Assembly (NCBI GenBank): GCA_032718475.1
Contig: JAUCBJ010007430.1
Span: 1-64,000, forward strand
DNA length: 64,000 bases
Source of the DNA: Nemertoderma westbladi
Lineage: Eukaryota; Animalia; Xenacoelomorpha
Reading direction: 5' to 3'
A program made the position numbers and the translations under genes. A model generated the notes under the pieces. It made no database searches and was not told where the DNA came from. It saw nothing but the letters and a program-made list of their open reading frames with translations. Shown piece by piece: positions 1-13,900 of the stretch (positions within the stretch are counted from its first letter, which is position 1; each line of letters begins with the position of its first letter).

Positions 1-2070
1 AGAAAATCGTACGGCTGGAAATAGGTCGAATGGGGGGGGGGAACACCGTTTTCGCAGTAACTACGCGTCCTCTATGTAGACTGCGTCCTTTAGAGGGGCG
101 GCGAATTCACCTCACTCGACGCCGCCCTTACTGAATGTTTTTAAAAGATATTTCTTCCCACCAAGAGAATTTGAAATTTTCGAGTGACTATTTTTAAACA
201 TAAATAACTTCTGTTCTATAGGGCCGTTTAATCTGAAACTTTTTTCATTGGATAGAGGATTGATTGTAGTGTGTGAAATAGGATAAAACTTGGGAAAAGA
301 CTTATGTGCACTTAGTGCAAAATGCACTTAAATAGTGAACATTTTTTCGATATTTCAAACACTATTATTTCCAGTTCTATTCATCGTAGAATGTTATTTT
401 TTGGATTAAAATGTAGTTTTGAATGATTTCTAACTATAATCGTAACATTTGTTTAACTTGTTATGTCTATAAAGTGACTTAAAATGTCCATGAATATGGT
501 CCAAAATCGCAAATCCAGATTTATTAAATTGGATTTTTGACACTTTTAGCGACTCACACTTGATCATACACCATCGTAGATCGGTAGAGGATAAACATAA
601 GTTTGTTAAATAAGAGCCACCATTACGATCTGCTAAAGTGCATTTGTACAAATAAGTGTGCAAAAGTGCAAATTTTTTAATAAGGTCAAATTATATAGTA
701 TTGGGTTATTTTCTTTGCAGATACTTTATTTTCATATTAATATGTTGTTTGGACCTTACTGAGCGCATTAGGGGATATGCGTACAAATAACCGGCCCTTA
801 TGAGGCTTCGATTGGGTAAATTAATAAAACATAAGGTTGTATAGTATAATATTCCAAAAACCAGTGTGATATGCACTTTAAATAATAAATAGAGATCAAA
901 TAACAAATGGACCACACAATTAAAAACTCGCACAATTTTGTACTTATTATATCGCTTCAAATTAATTCAACAGTGGATATTTGGGGGAAGGGGGAAGTTA
1001 CAGTGTGCATTCGGGGGAAGTTTGGTGAACTGCATTTATGCAGTGAATCCAAACTTCCCCCTTTGATATATCATATACTTAAGACATGCTAGGGTGACGG
1101 GGAAATATTTGTTACTGTCACACTTTGCTTCCATTTATCCTATCCTTTATTATTACCCCAGTCAGATAAGAGATAATAAATCAGTAAAAACTAAACTAAA
1201 CTGTCTTTCATGCAAACAAATTTCTAACTAAAGACGGGTGAATGACCATGACCATGGAAATAATTTTAAATATAATTGTATATCAACTATTTGGGGAGGC
1301 TTCCAAGTTAAACCTGAAAACAATTATTTTGTTACATAGTAAATAACGTTGTATGTTCTTCTTCCTCTCATAATAAAATATAAATGAAATATCTCAGATC
1401 GCTATGCCCTGTAACATTTCACAACCAAAATATTTAAGTGTGAAAAGTGTAGGCCTACCACACTCCGCCCAAACAACCGCAAACGCATAGCCAACAAATT
1501 TAACAAAAGGTTACATACATGTTGGGTTCATGACGAGATGAGTGAAAATTGATCGCGTAATATAAAGTAAAAAATTCAGAGACGGGCTGGCTCTCCTCCA
1601 CTTTCTTACCCAATGGATATGTTGTTGTGATAATCTAATTGGGGCGGCTTTCTCTCGGTACTATAATAGTTCTAAATATTTACAAAATATTGCATATATA
1701 TTGCATAATGAGTTTACATACAAATTAAATTTACAAAATATTATCTCTCTCACTGTTTTATGATTACTAAATACAAATTAAATTTACAAAAATACTGCTT
1801 TCTTTACTACATAATGATTACTACATACAAATTAAATTTACAAAATATTGCTTTCTAATAAAAAAACCTTGGCTAGGGCAGGTGAAAGGAGTAAGCCAAA
1901 CCCGCAGGTTTGTCTCCCCAATCACCTCCTTCGCCTCTCTCATAATATAAATTCCATTGAATACGACTATTGTGTACGAGTCCAGTCAAATGTTTACTAA
2001 ATGCTACAATATACATCAGAGCGACGATGATGTATATGTCTAGAGTCTGTCGCTCCGTGATATGATCGCA

Positions 2071-4880
2071 TTATCGACTCGCTCCTGGGTTCTTCGGGCT
2101 CGCTCCCCTCTTTCGCCCCCTCCCCAGATACACCAATCTTCCTCCTGTGGACTCTGTCGACGGCGTGCGTGAGGCGTCACTTCCCGGAACTGGTCACGAT
2201 GTTCCCTGGGCCCCAACTGACTCACGGCTGGTACTCCTCCCTCGGCCTCGTCCCATTTGTCGGGTTCCCGTAATCGCCTCCCCCAACTCCCCCTTCTGCA
2301 GTTGCACGCGCGCCTTTTCGGACGCGCCCTGTGCCTTTCGCTGCAGACGTTGAGCTTCAATAATAGAATGGTAGTGGTCGTCCTTGACTTGACGCTTGTC
2401 TAGGACCCCTCCTTCTGTTACTTGCCGCGAGCTATGAGCTCCGGCGGTTGTCGCTGTGGGCGCTGCGGTTCGTTGCTTCTTTATCCGTTCGGCGGTCAAT
2501 GACCCCACTGGTACGTGAGTCAACAGGAACTCGTTGCGGTATTGTATAGTATTGTATTGTATTGTATTCTCCAGTCTCCTCGCGTGCACACCACCTTCCT
2601 TGTCTCCGAAAATAGACCTTTGGTTATATGGTCACAAATAGCAACAAAGTTCCAAGTATATTTATTGTCCATATTCAATTGTCTAAAATATTCTCGAACA
2701 ACAATTATTACTCCAGTATTCTGCGGAAGATCTTGAGCAGTTAGTATCAGCTCCTGATATTGCGGTAATGATTGCAGATACAGCTCATACGCGACGTGTG
2801 ATGGATCTACTGCCCAGAATCCATATCCTGCCTTGAACGGCAACCAACGCATTTGTGCTTGGATGTGGTAATCAGCCATACCCTCCCACTTGTCCAACAT
2901 CTCCCGGAGTAGGTTGGCGCTATGGTTTTGGAAACGCAGTTGACATTTTGCGCTACCATGTCCCTTTACCCCGCAAAATCCACATTGAGAAATGAAGATG
3001 GTGCACGTATGGAATGAGTGATCTGTCTCGTTACACCAACGGCAGACCTTATGCGCCGCCTCTACTACTGCGTCGCACGACTTTTGACTGTGCCTTGTGC
3101 TGCCACACAACTTACATCTACACCGCTTGTGGAAACCAGGCCCTCTCATATATGAGGTCTCCAATCGGCTTCGCACTCCCTTGCTTCCCAATGTCTAAAA
3201 CGAAATCATCATCTCCGGTCAGAGGTTGTCGGTCCGGAACAAAGTAAACATCCTAGCCTTTGTCCTCTATCTCCAATATTTCCTCCCGCATTCGTTTCGG
3301 ATATGTCTTCTCCACCGGGAGATCCACTCTGAACACCTCTACTAACGTATCCTGCCAACTATCTCTAATGGGTCTATCCGCCTGCAAGTGGACGGAAGTA
3401 CCAAACCCACTGGTTTGATTCCCGAACCACTTCTCCAAGGCCTCTGGTGTTGGATACTCCATCGACGGTCGGTCTCCCAAATCTCCAATGCTCTGTCGAT
3501 ATACTCCTTCGAATATCGCTAATCCTCTCCTAACCATCGATGTGTTCTCTAGCGATTGGTTGAAGAAGTGGTTAAGAAACGCTTCATCATGTCAGATTGG
3601 ATTCCCCCTTTCGAGCGAACGTATTGATCTCCTCCGAACACCAATGGATGATGCTTCAAAACTTGCGCAATGATATCCGCTAATAAACAAGTTACCGTGT
3701 TCGACTCAAGCACCAAATAATATTGCCGCGACGCACGGGGTGGTGCGCAGATGTTCCAATACACTAACGCTTGCTGCTTGAAGTGGGATTTGAACTCCGC
3801 TCCCGGTGGCGTGTTATATTCACCATACGCCTCCTCGTATTTCTTTTGCGTCTTTAACTTGAAGTCCCAATTATATAACAAATGCGCTATAAAGCCCATA
3901 CCAGTCTTGGCAGAGTTGGGATACTCTCTATAAATTCCAATATCCTGTGCCCATAGCAACAAAAGCTTGGTGTCGACAAACGGTCTCGGCAATCTGTCCT
4001 CCAAATCCGTCATGGCATTGAAGTCGCTCTCCAAATCGCTCTGGACTCCCGATCCCACCTTGACGTAATCCTGGTTGAGAATCGCCTCTCAAAATTTCAT
4101 GGGTAGCATCCTGGCGTCGATATGCTCTGCTGCATACCTCCAAAATCTGTTCCCTGGGATCCTTCCCCCGCCGATATTGCATCGTTATTATGGGCTCCAG
4201 TCTCTCTCAGTCCGCCCTCACGCGCATAAATACATGAGTCACACCATCGGCCGCGTGAATTTGAATGCACTTACTAGTTAGGCACTCTTGATCGGACCCT
4301 CCCTCGTTGTCGTAAAACATCACGTGCCAATCCTGTAGGGATTCTTCCGTCTTTCTCCACTGACGCTGGATCTCGTCAGATGGGGTCCACATGTGCTCAA
4401 TAGCCTTGTGGTCATCGTATTGGGTGTAGGAACCCTTTCTCCTCAGCCACGCCTGGTCTACCTCCTCGTCCTCTGGGAATGTAGCCATTGCGACCCATAC
4501 CTGTCCAACCAACCAAATAACTTGCTCTCCTTCCCCGGAGCTCCAATCTTGTCTAGCGTGTCGTAATCTGTTATCTGCATCGGGACGTCACGCAAGAACT
4601 TCGTGCATAAAACTTCCCGTAGGCAGTCAACGTTCCAATGATCCGATGACGTCACCATCGGCAAGAATCGAATGGCTTCTCGCGACTCCGGGTGATCTAC
4701 CAATATCGCAGGTTCATTGCCATCGGAATAATAAACCGGTCGGGGTTGAGATACAGCAAATGGTAGTTCCGCCTCCTCTCTGGCGGTAAACCCTCTCCTC
4801 GGTTGCGCTCTCATTTCCTTTTCCATTATGCCGCGTATATATACATATCCAATTGGTCCGTTACGTAACTAATTACACTG
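2071..4880 (-). pseudogene. Disrupted ORF3 of A: DEDDy-like exonuclease, 3 CCHC knuckles and RG tail
   Basis: Fragments 4458-4826, 4207-4512 (MFYDNEGG..CIQI), 3549-4058 (GSGVQSDL..FVDTK..QYYLVLES), 3253-3537, 2520-3191 (CKLCGSTRHSQKSC, CRWCNETDHSFHTC, CGFCGVKGHGSAKC) and 2194-2589 (GRGRGR) align in order to the intact ORF at 53274-56999. Confidence 0.88.
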
Positions 4881-5523
4881 TGGGTAAATCAGTTAGATGA
4901 TGCCGAAGGACAGACTTCCCGAACCCCCCAGCCGCCTTCCAGCAGTTCAGGTTCGGCTCTCTAGATCCCGTCTCATTCCTAACTATCTTCTAACCTATTC
5001 CCATGCATAGCGCAAAAACTTCGGAGATAAACTGGCCGTGACCGACTCACTTTTTGATGCCCAAGCTACTCCCCAATACTTGTAATAGACTACAGTAGTT
5101 AGAAAGGACAATAGTTATGGTGCTCGACTATACCAAACCCACAGGTTTGATAATCGAACACCTCACTCCACTGCAAACTACTGAGTGGGGTCTGTGTATG
5201 CCTCTGGTGCTACTAACCTTTAGCACCTCGGTTGTTGTACTGTTGGCACCAATCTGTGGAGGTTACTGAACTCAATTTACACTCCTACATAATATAGCCG
5301 TCACCATGGTTTCTAAATGCTATTTTCCAGGCTTCACGACTTTTCAAATTACTGTATATCTATAGATGGATTCTAGAACGCGTCTATACACAGCATTTGG
5401 AATTGTCTTGGGTTCACTTCTAATTTTTAAAAAATTTTTAATTTTCCAAACATTTTTGAAAATAAATTTTGTTTTTGATACCCACCAGACAAATTCTCAA
5501 CGCAAATCACCACAAACCCGCTC

Positions 5524-7111
5524 CTATGCATTTCCCAGTATTTGCATACGAGGAATGCATACGAAGTGAGTTTGCGTTCCAACACTGATTTTGTTTTGAG
5601 GCAGGAGACAAATTATAGTCTCCTTCTCGATGTGTGTCTCCTCTAATAACACGATATCTTGGACCGGTCTGTCCAAGGTGTATAAACCATTAGTTTTACA
5701 CTTCTTTGGGTTCGGACACTTGCACCTTATTTTCACAGTGACAGTGCGCACTATATTTTGCGCGTCTGGGTGCATGTGCAAGATGACTCTGGTCTCCCAA
5801 TATTTTCTCTTGACAACTGGTTCGGTTATTAATACGTAGTCTCCTCTTTGGAGGCTCCGAACTGTTTTGTACCACTTAGATCTGGTGGATATTGTGGGAA
5901 GATAATATTCCCGCCAATATTCCCAGAATGTGTACGCCACGAATTGAGTTATTTTCCAGCTCTTTTGACTATATAGGTCGGCACCAATGGGTTCTGATGC
6001 CGGCACAAGAAACGCTGGACTCTGCATTAGCAAATGATTTGGCGTTAATGCAACACCGTCTGGCAACATAGCTATCGGCCTCGAGTTCAATGTATGCTCG
6101 ATTTCGATGAAAGCTGTTACCAGCTCGTCGTCTGTAAGTTGTTTGTTTACAGGCAATATTTTAGCAATGGCTTGTTTTATGGAGCGAACCAAACGCTCCC
6201 AACTTCCTCCTCTCCAGGGACTTTCTGGAGTGTTAAACTTCCACTCCACTCTTTGCGGCAAAAGTGCTGCAGAGATTTCTTTATTCTGTGCCGCCCTATG
6301 AGTAGCCTTAACTCGCTATTCCCTCCAACAAAGTTTGTACCGGTACCCTTGTCGGAGTAGAATGCCTTTACTAGTCCTCTCCTGGCCATAAATCTCTTTA
6401 AGGCCAGGAGCAGAGATTTGGTCGACATGTCTGCCACACGCTCTATGTGAATGGCTCTACTGGCCATACATATCAGCAGCAGGCCCCATTGTTTGTGGGT
6501 CAGCCGTCCACTCTTTGCCTCAATCAGACCAAAGCAGTCCACCCCTGTATTTGTTAAGGGTGGGTCATATGCCTGCACTCTCGCTTCCGGGAGTTCAGCG
6601 ATCTCCTGTTCCAATACTCTGGCGTTCACCCTCTTGCAAACCAGACAGGCATCGTACATTGTACCTACTGCCCTGCTTGGCTGCAATAGAATGAATCGCT
6701 GTCTCGCTGCCGACAAACAGTGTAACTTTCCCGCGTGATGCAACATCTTATGTATATCCCATAGAATCGCTCTTTGCAATTCTATTGGGTGACTAGGGAT
6801 TATCACTGGGAACCTAAACTGTGAGTTTATGTCGACAGTCTGGATTCTCGATCTATGACAAATTAAACCCTTATGGATTAATGGACTCCATTTTCTAAGG
6901 GGTTTATAGAGAACTGGTCATTGAGCCGATAATAGATAGAATTCTTTAGGGAAGGCACACATTTGATAATGCTTCAAATGCTTTAACTCCGCTTGATCAA
7001 TCTCATCCTCTGTCAGAGGTTGTTTCAATTTCTGAATTCGCTCACTATTAGTGCTCATTTGTACTCCTAAATGTTCCGAACGTTTTAAACAAAGGTACGA
7101 AACGTATCGGC
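5524..7111 (-). pseudogene. pol: Integrase region of A pol (frameshifted)
   Basis: HHAG..CLVC zinc motif, TGVDCFG, SDKGT, PWRGGSWERL, LNSRP, LTPNHLL: BEL-type DDE integrase split over ORFs 6177-6806 and 5524-6261. Confidence 0.93.
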
Positions 7112-7115
7112 TTAA

Positions 7116-8669
7116 CCCTATTAAACCCGGGGGGGGGTCAATATGACCCCCCCCGTGGTTTTTTTACTATAATTCTGAAACAAACGCAGTTGGGAATCTG
7201 AAATTTTATGACTTTTCCTAAAACATCTATTGTCTTCCTAGTAGTGAAAACCGTTTTCAAAAATATTGGGTACTTTTCGAGTTATAGCACCATTTTTTAA
7301 TCCTACTTTTGGCACTTTTTTTGAGACGTTTTTTGAAAATTACATTTCATTAAATATGAATTGTAACATCTCTAATTTTGATTTACACCGGTTTTTTGGT
7401 GTTAGAAATTTGATGGAATTCATATAAATTGATTTAGAAATTTCAAACTTGTTTTTTTCGGTGGGTGCCAAATTTTGGTGCCAGCACCAAATTTTGAATT
7501 ATGTCAATTTTGTAAATTGATTGTTTGAAACTTGTTTTTTACGCAATTGGGTTTTTTTGGGGTTCTGGATTCGATGAAATATATACGAGTTGCACCAAGC
7601 GTATCAAACTTGTATTTTTCGGTGTTGTGTGTAAATTTTGGTGCTAGCACGAAATTTTGAAAATTCATTCGATAGATAAAATTGCTTGTGACAATTTATT
7701 TCTTGCATTTTAGAGGTTTATGGCTGTTCTGAATTCAATGGAATGTATAATTATCGAACTAGACATCTCAAACTTGTATTTTTCAGATGTGGGTGCAAAA
7801 TGTGGTGCTAGCACCAAATTTTGAAAACCATCAAATATATCAATTGATTGTGTCACCTTGTTTCTTGCGTTATACGGGTTTGTGATGGTTCTGAATTCAA
7901 TGGAATCAGTAAAAATTTCATAAGAGTTCTCAAACTGGTATTTTTCGCCAGTGGGTGAAAATTGTTGAGCCAGCACCAAATTTTGGAAAATATGCAAATT
8001 TATCAGTAGATAGTATCACCTTGTTTCTTGCGTTATACGGGTTTATGAGGGTCCTGAATCCGATGGAATCCATAAAAACAGCACTGGACATCGCAAACTT
8101 GTACTTTTTGGTGATGGGTACGAAATTTGGTGCTAGCACCAAAATTTGCCAAATTACGCCGAAAAATACAAGTATCAATGATCTGGCATATTAGAAATGT
8201 ATTCCATTAGAATCAGCGCCCTCGAAAACCTGAAAATGTGAATTTATAGCATCGTATAAGTGAATTAAAAATTTTGTGTTCTACCTGAAAAGTGCTGGTT
8301 ACTTGTTTTTTTCATTTTTTTCCTACGCAGAGAGGACTAAACGGCCATTTATAGTAATCATATCATTTTTAAATATTTTCCAATGTATTTTGCACCCCAG
8401 AAAACCTGTATTGAAAAATAATTAGCCGAAAATGTAACTTTCAAATTTTGTGAAAATTGTGCACTACTTGTAATTTTGGTGCTGCAATATAACCACCCCA
8501 GTACATTTTTTCGAAAATTTTTTTTTTCGATCGGATCCAGACAAGTGATACCTACGTACAAACAAAAAATCAGGCGTTTTCGTAAATATTTGTAGATTTT
8601 AGAGGGGGGGGGTCAATATGACCCCCTCCCGGTATTTGTACAGCATTTTATAGCCCGGTACTAATAGGG
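7116..8669. mobile_element. Non-autonomous piggyBac-like element (MITE) inserted in A pol
   Basis: TTAA at 7112-7115 and 8670-8673. Ends CCCTATTAaacCCGGG / CCCGGtacTAATAGGG. Palindromic GGGGGGTCAATATGACCCCC near both ends. No transposase. Confidence 0.85.
7440..8150. repeat. About five degenerate ~160-165 bp tandem units inside the piggyBac-like MITE
   Basis: CAAACTTGTATTTTT..TTTGGTGCTAGCACCAAATTTTG recurs near 7444, 7605, 7769, 7931 and 8094. Confidence 0.75.
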
Positions 8670-8673
8670 TTAA

Positions 8674-10932
8674 CAACGCAGTTCTTTTACAAATTGTCAG
8701 CCAAGAGGCGGACGAATTTAGTAATTTGTCATAAATACTACATGGCTCTAATGCCAGCGACGGTTGCCCGCTAGCTAAGGGAAGTTTCGAATCCAAACCC
8801 ACAGGTTTGGAAACCAAAGGCTCCATCTTGTCGGTCATTTTCTGTTCATCACTTACCAAATGTGACCCTTGTGTAGTCTGTAAGGGTGGTTTTATGTCAT
8901 AACTTACCCTTCCGGACCTAGTAGTCACATACGTCTCTTGGTCTGACAGTTCTCCGGGCCGCTCCAATGACTCTTCAGGCCGCTCCAATGACTCTTCAGG
9001 CCGCTCCAATGACTCTTCAGGCCGCTCCAATGACTCTTCAGGCCGCTCCAATAACTCTTCAGGCCGCTCCAATGACTTGAGTTTGGCTTTCGACTTAGAC
9101 TTGGAGACTTTCTACACTTTAACTTCTGCATCCTCTGGCATCGGATTGGTCACTATCTTCAGTCGCTCTGGCCAATGTTCCTGTGTCCTCGTTAGAAAAT
9201 CAGGTCCATGCAACCAAAACTCCTGGGACTCCTCCTGACAGAATTCCGCCGGCATAGCACCTCTTGAAGTTATGTCGGCCGGGTTCAACACTCCCGGACA
9301 ATGTCTCCATTGTTCATTCGTCGAGAAGTCGACGATCTGAGCGCATCTGTTGGCCACAAATGTCTTTAGTGCAATATTGTCAGCTGCAATATACACTAAC
9401 ACTAAGGATGTGTCCGTCCAATAGAATAAGGTCAATGTCGTGTCTAACTCCTCTATTATCTGCTTACTTACCTCGACTGAGACTACTGCCGCCTGCAATT
9501 CTGCATGAGGGACAGTCATGTGTTTGATCGGCATTGTCTTTAATCTAGAAGTCACAAAGGCCGTATCAAACTTGTCCTGACTTACCGCTCGGCGAAGGTA
9601 GGCTACCATACCAAAGCCGGTGTCACTTGCATCACTAAATAAGTGCAGTTCTAAATCAGTTGGAAATACCAGCTGATTTGGAAAGTAGGAGCGGGGTACA
9701 TCTATATTTTTCAATAGATGTAACTCGGCTTCCCACTCTCTCCACTGCTTTGCATGTATAGGGGATATTGGCTTGTCCCACTCTAGGTCGGACAACCAAA
9801 TTTTCCTCATACATACTCGTGCCTGTAATATTACCGGGCTGATAAAGTTAATCGGGTCAAATAGTCTACTCATCGTCGATAAGCAGATTCTCTTAGTCAA
9901 AACTTGGTCTGGTCTACTGGGCTCAAACCTGACTCTCACCTGAAACTTATCTGTGTTCGGATTCCAAGCGAGTCCCAGTACTCGCGCCATGGGGATGGGT
10001 TCTACACCCAGTTCAATGTCTCCGCTCCCGCGATCTTTCACCGGGAACGACTCTAATAGGGCCTCTGAGTTGGTAGTGAACTTGGTCAAAGGAAACCCCC
10101 ATGTAGCCAAGCACTCCTGTAGGCCGTGAGCCACTTCTATGGCTTGTTCTGCTGTGTCCTTGGACACCAATCCATCGTCCATATAGTTTCTCAGGATGGA
10201 CTCAATAATGTCTACTGGATACTTACCAATCTGGGCCATTGCCGTTTTCTTTAGAACAAACAGCGTGCCGCCGGGACTATCGCGGGCACCGAATATCCTG
10301 ACATACATCTGATATGTAACCACTGGGCCGGATAGGTCTTCATTCTCGTACCAGAGAAATCGGAGAATATCCTGGTCCACCTTGCAGGCTCTTACCTGGT
10401 GAAACATCGCCTCGATGTCCCAAGTAAAAGCTAATCGCCGCTGTCTAAAGCATATCCCTATTAGTATCCCTATTAAGTAATTATTTAAGTTGGGACCATC
10501 CATCAACTCTGAGTTCAGGGACATACCTCTATAGACTGCTGCGCAGTCATTGACTACTCGGACCTTGTCTGGTTTGTCAGGGTGAGTCACATAATGGTGT
10601 GGGAGGTAATAAGTCTGCTCCGTCACTAAGTTGGGATCCTCTACCTTTCCAGCAAATCCCTTGGCGAAATAGTTGTTTATCTGGGCGCAATACTTCTCCC
10701 TAACGTCTGGATTCTTTAACAACCGAGCCCTTACTCAGTTCAATCTTTTCAGAGCTAAGTTGTAGTTGTTCTCCAACTTAGGAGGTTGTCGACGCCACAA
10801 CATTCCAACTTCAAAATGTCCTGTCGGTAGCAGACGTATGGTATCTTCCATCATCTCTAGCGACCGTTTCTCATCAGTGGACATGGTTAGGTCATATCCA
10901 CTGGGTTCCATTGCGTCCCTATCCAGCCATTC
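8674..10932 (-). pseudogene. pol: RT-RNase H and RH-IN linker of A pol
   Basis: ORF 9112-10722: YYLPHH, KVRVVND, DIEAMFHQV, YMDD, FDPINF, LHLFSDAS, WTD, NPADITSRG (BEL/Pao RT-RH). Confidence 0.95.
8956..9075 (-). repeat. 21-bp coding tandem repeat (ERPEESL, about 6 copies) in the RH-IN linker
   Basis: GGCCGCTCCAATGACTCTTCA repeated in tandem. Confidence 0.9.
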
Positions 10933-13900
10933 TTGATTTGCACAGGCGTATCTGAAGGTAACTTTGCCGGGAAAACAAACGACGAAGATAAATGTGAAGA
11001 AATTTTTAAGAAGATCGGTGTTAATGTGTCTACCGAGGGCTTCTCTGTAAAACGTTTAGGGGCTAACCCCCCAGCCGATACCAACCGTTCCTGCCCACTT
11101 TTAATTACACTTAATATTTCTGCACCAGCACGCTGTGTCTTCCTTACTTCCGCTAAGAATCTTAAACAATCCGACGAACCATTCAACAAGATATACCTAA
11201 AGCCAGACACCCATCCCAGCATATATCGAGAGCTGGGTCGCCTCCAAAGAGTAGAGAGAGACGAGAAGGCCAAAGCAGAAAATGTTGGCGCTAACATAGT
11301 CTTTGACCAGAAGTCCCGCACCGTATCTCGGAACGGTACCGTTATAGACAAGTTCAACCCACTTTTTTAGGTCGCCACAGGATCCCCATTAGTCCGATAA
11401 AACTTCTATCATGGATCTGCGGCGGTTTAGCCGATAAATACTTACTCAAAAACGTTAATAACTTGTTTATACAGTACGATTTAATTTTACTACAAGAAGT
11501 TAAATACTCATATTCGTTTACTGTCCCTGGATTTGATGTGCTATATTGTCCTAGTGAACATTCTCATCGCGGCGGTGTAGCCATCCTTATTAATAAGGGT
11601 TCACATTTTACTATATCATCGTCTAATTTTACCACTTCTGATATTTTTTGGTTCACCCTAGAACAGCTACCTTGTATTGTCTTTGTTTGTGCTTATATAA
11701 CCCCCCTCGACTCACGTTACTATAATCCTGCGTCATGGGCAGAACTTCAAAGTATCTCTATGGATTTGCCCCTGCACCGTAGTATCGTGATTTTAGGAGA
11801 TTTAAACTCCCGCGTTGGTCGCTTATTAATTACTAAAACATCCGATGTGTGCATTAATACTGAACCCATCGACCTCGTGGTAAACCAACACGGCAGACGT
11901 CTAACCCAATTCCTGGCAGATTCTAATCTATTTAACGTTAGCCACAGCATCATTAATAACCGCAAATTCGGTGGTGGCCTAACATTTAAACGCAAAGGGA
12001 AACCTATCTCTGAGATTGACCGTGCGATCGTGTCACCCAATATCGCTTCCAAAATACTAGATTTTGGTGTATGTTACGAAAATCTACCCTCAGATCACTG
12101 TCCAATATTTCTATGTTTGAGTCTAAAACAACAAAACCCAGTAAGTTACCTCCTGCACCGTTCATGCTTACTAGGTGATTATAGCAGTTTAGAACGTACC
12201 CCCCCCCGCACTGTGTCATATCTAGACCCATAAAAATGCAGCCATCGGCTGGTGCGAGATTCGAATTCCTCCTGGAATCCACCCCATTGCCTGCTGACGC
12301 ACTTATATATCATCTAGACGCTCCCGAGTCCGCTAAGATTTTTATAGAGACAGTATACAAGACTGCAAAATTTGTAAAAACAAAACATTTAAAAAACCCG
12401 GCCTCCCGTACCTTACCGAGTAATATACCAGATGCAGCCGCGTGGGACAGTCTTCTCAATTCCGGTGATAGCAGCGCCATCTGGCGTCGCATTAACTGGC
12501 ATGGTAGACTCGACCCTGCACCTAGCGCCGCAAACGCTGATACGCCTAGTGAAGAAGATTTCACCAAACATTACAGTTCACTCTTAGACCCATTTCACGG
12601 AAACGACCCCCTTTTCGAGGAGATCCCAACCAATGATTGTCCTTTTATTCCTGTTCTAGATTCCCCATTCACGGCTGAAGAAGTGCACGAAGGGTTAGAA
12701 AATCTTAAACCCAACAAGGCAGCAGGCCCCGATGGAGTTTACCCCGGAATCTTGAAATTCCTCCCAGTTAACTGGTTCTGCTTCCTTGTATTTCTACTAA
12801 ATTCAATATTCCTGGGTGGTGACTTCCCTGTTCCATGGGGCATTAGCCGGTTAGTATCCGTGTTTAAGCGCGGGTTCCGGTCGTTATGCTCAAATTACAT
12901 AGGTATTTCGATTATAAACGCGATCATGAAGTTGTACGACTCACTACTGTGTCTTCGATTGTGTAAGTGGGCCAGACCCGATGCGGAGCATGCTGGTGCT
13001 CAGCCACAGAGGTCGTGTAATGAACATATCCTTACATTAAACCTACTTTTATACTATACAAGGAAAAATAAGCAAAAGTTGTTCCTCATATTTGTAGACT
13101 TTTCAACCGCTTACGATAGCATTAATCACTTGAAGCTCTTCGAGCTATTGAAGTCGATGGGTTGTGGAGGCATCATGCTCCGGGCTCTTATAGCATTCTA
13201 TGGCTGCACTAAATGCATAATTGGGACTAGTTGCGTATTTCTAACCTCCCGTGGTGTCCTCCAGGGGGCGCCTGGAAGTTGTCCCTTATTCACCCTCTAC
13301 ATAAATCCCTTATTACGCCGCCTAAAGCTGTGCCTTGATGACAGCTTCCTGAAGACCCTTCACGCTTTGCTTCTAATGGACGATTTAGTAATACTCGCAA
13401 CCTCTCGAAACCGCTGCTACGAGAAAATAGAAATCCAAAATGAATGAAAAAAAAACGAAATTTATAGTTATTAACGGCAACACACCCGACAAATCCGATT
13501 TTATACTCCGCACGACCGACGCTAGACTATTTGTCAAAAACTGTGAGAGTTACGTTTACCTCGGATACCCCGTATGCCAATCCGGTGGGGTGAACAATTG
13601 TGTCAAACAGCACGCGAAAGATAAGGAGAAACAAGTAGCCAAATTTCATGCATTCTTAGGAAAGCACACAGACAGCCCGATATAACTTAAGATGAAAGTT
13701 TTCCACGCCGCTGTTTTGTCATCCATAATGTACAGTTGTGAGACTTGGATCGGTGCCAATATCGCCCCCATCGCAAAACAGTATTTCTGTCTACTGAAGT
13801 CAGCCATCGGAGTCAGACAGCAGACATGTCACGACATTCTGCTTATTGAAACTGGCCTCTCATCTCCCAAAGATTTAGTCGCGAGCAAACAACAGAAGTT

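Noticed and set aside
112-1092. Short ORFs in the AT-rich left flank
   Set aside because: No motifs or homologs in the window; consistent with chance ORFs.
7710-8561. ORFs inside the TTAA element as a transposase
   Set aside because: Short translations of internal tandem repeats with no DDD motifs.
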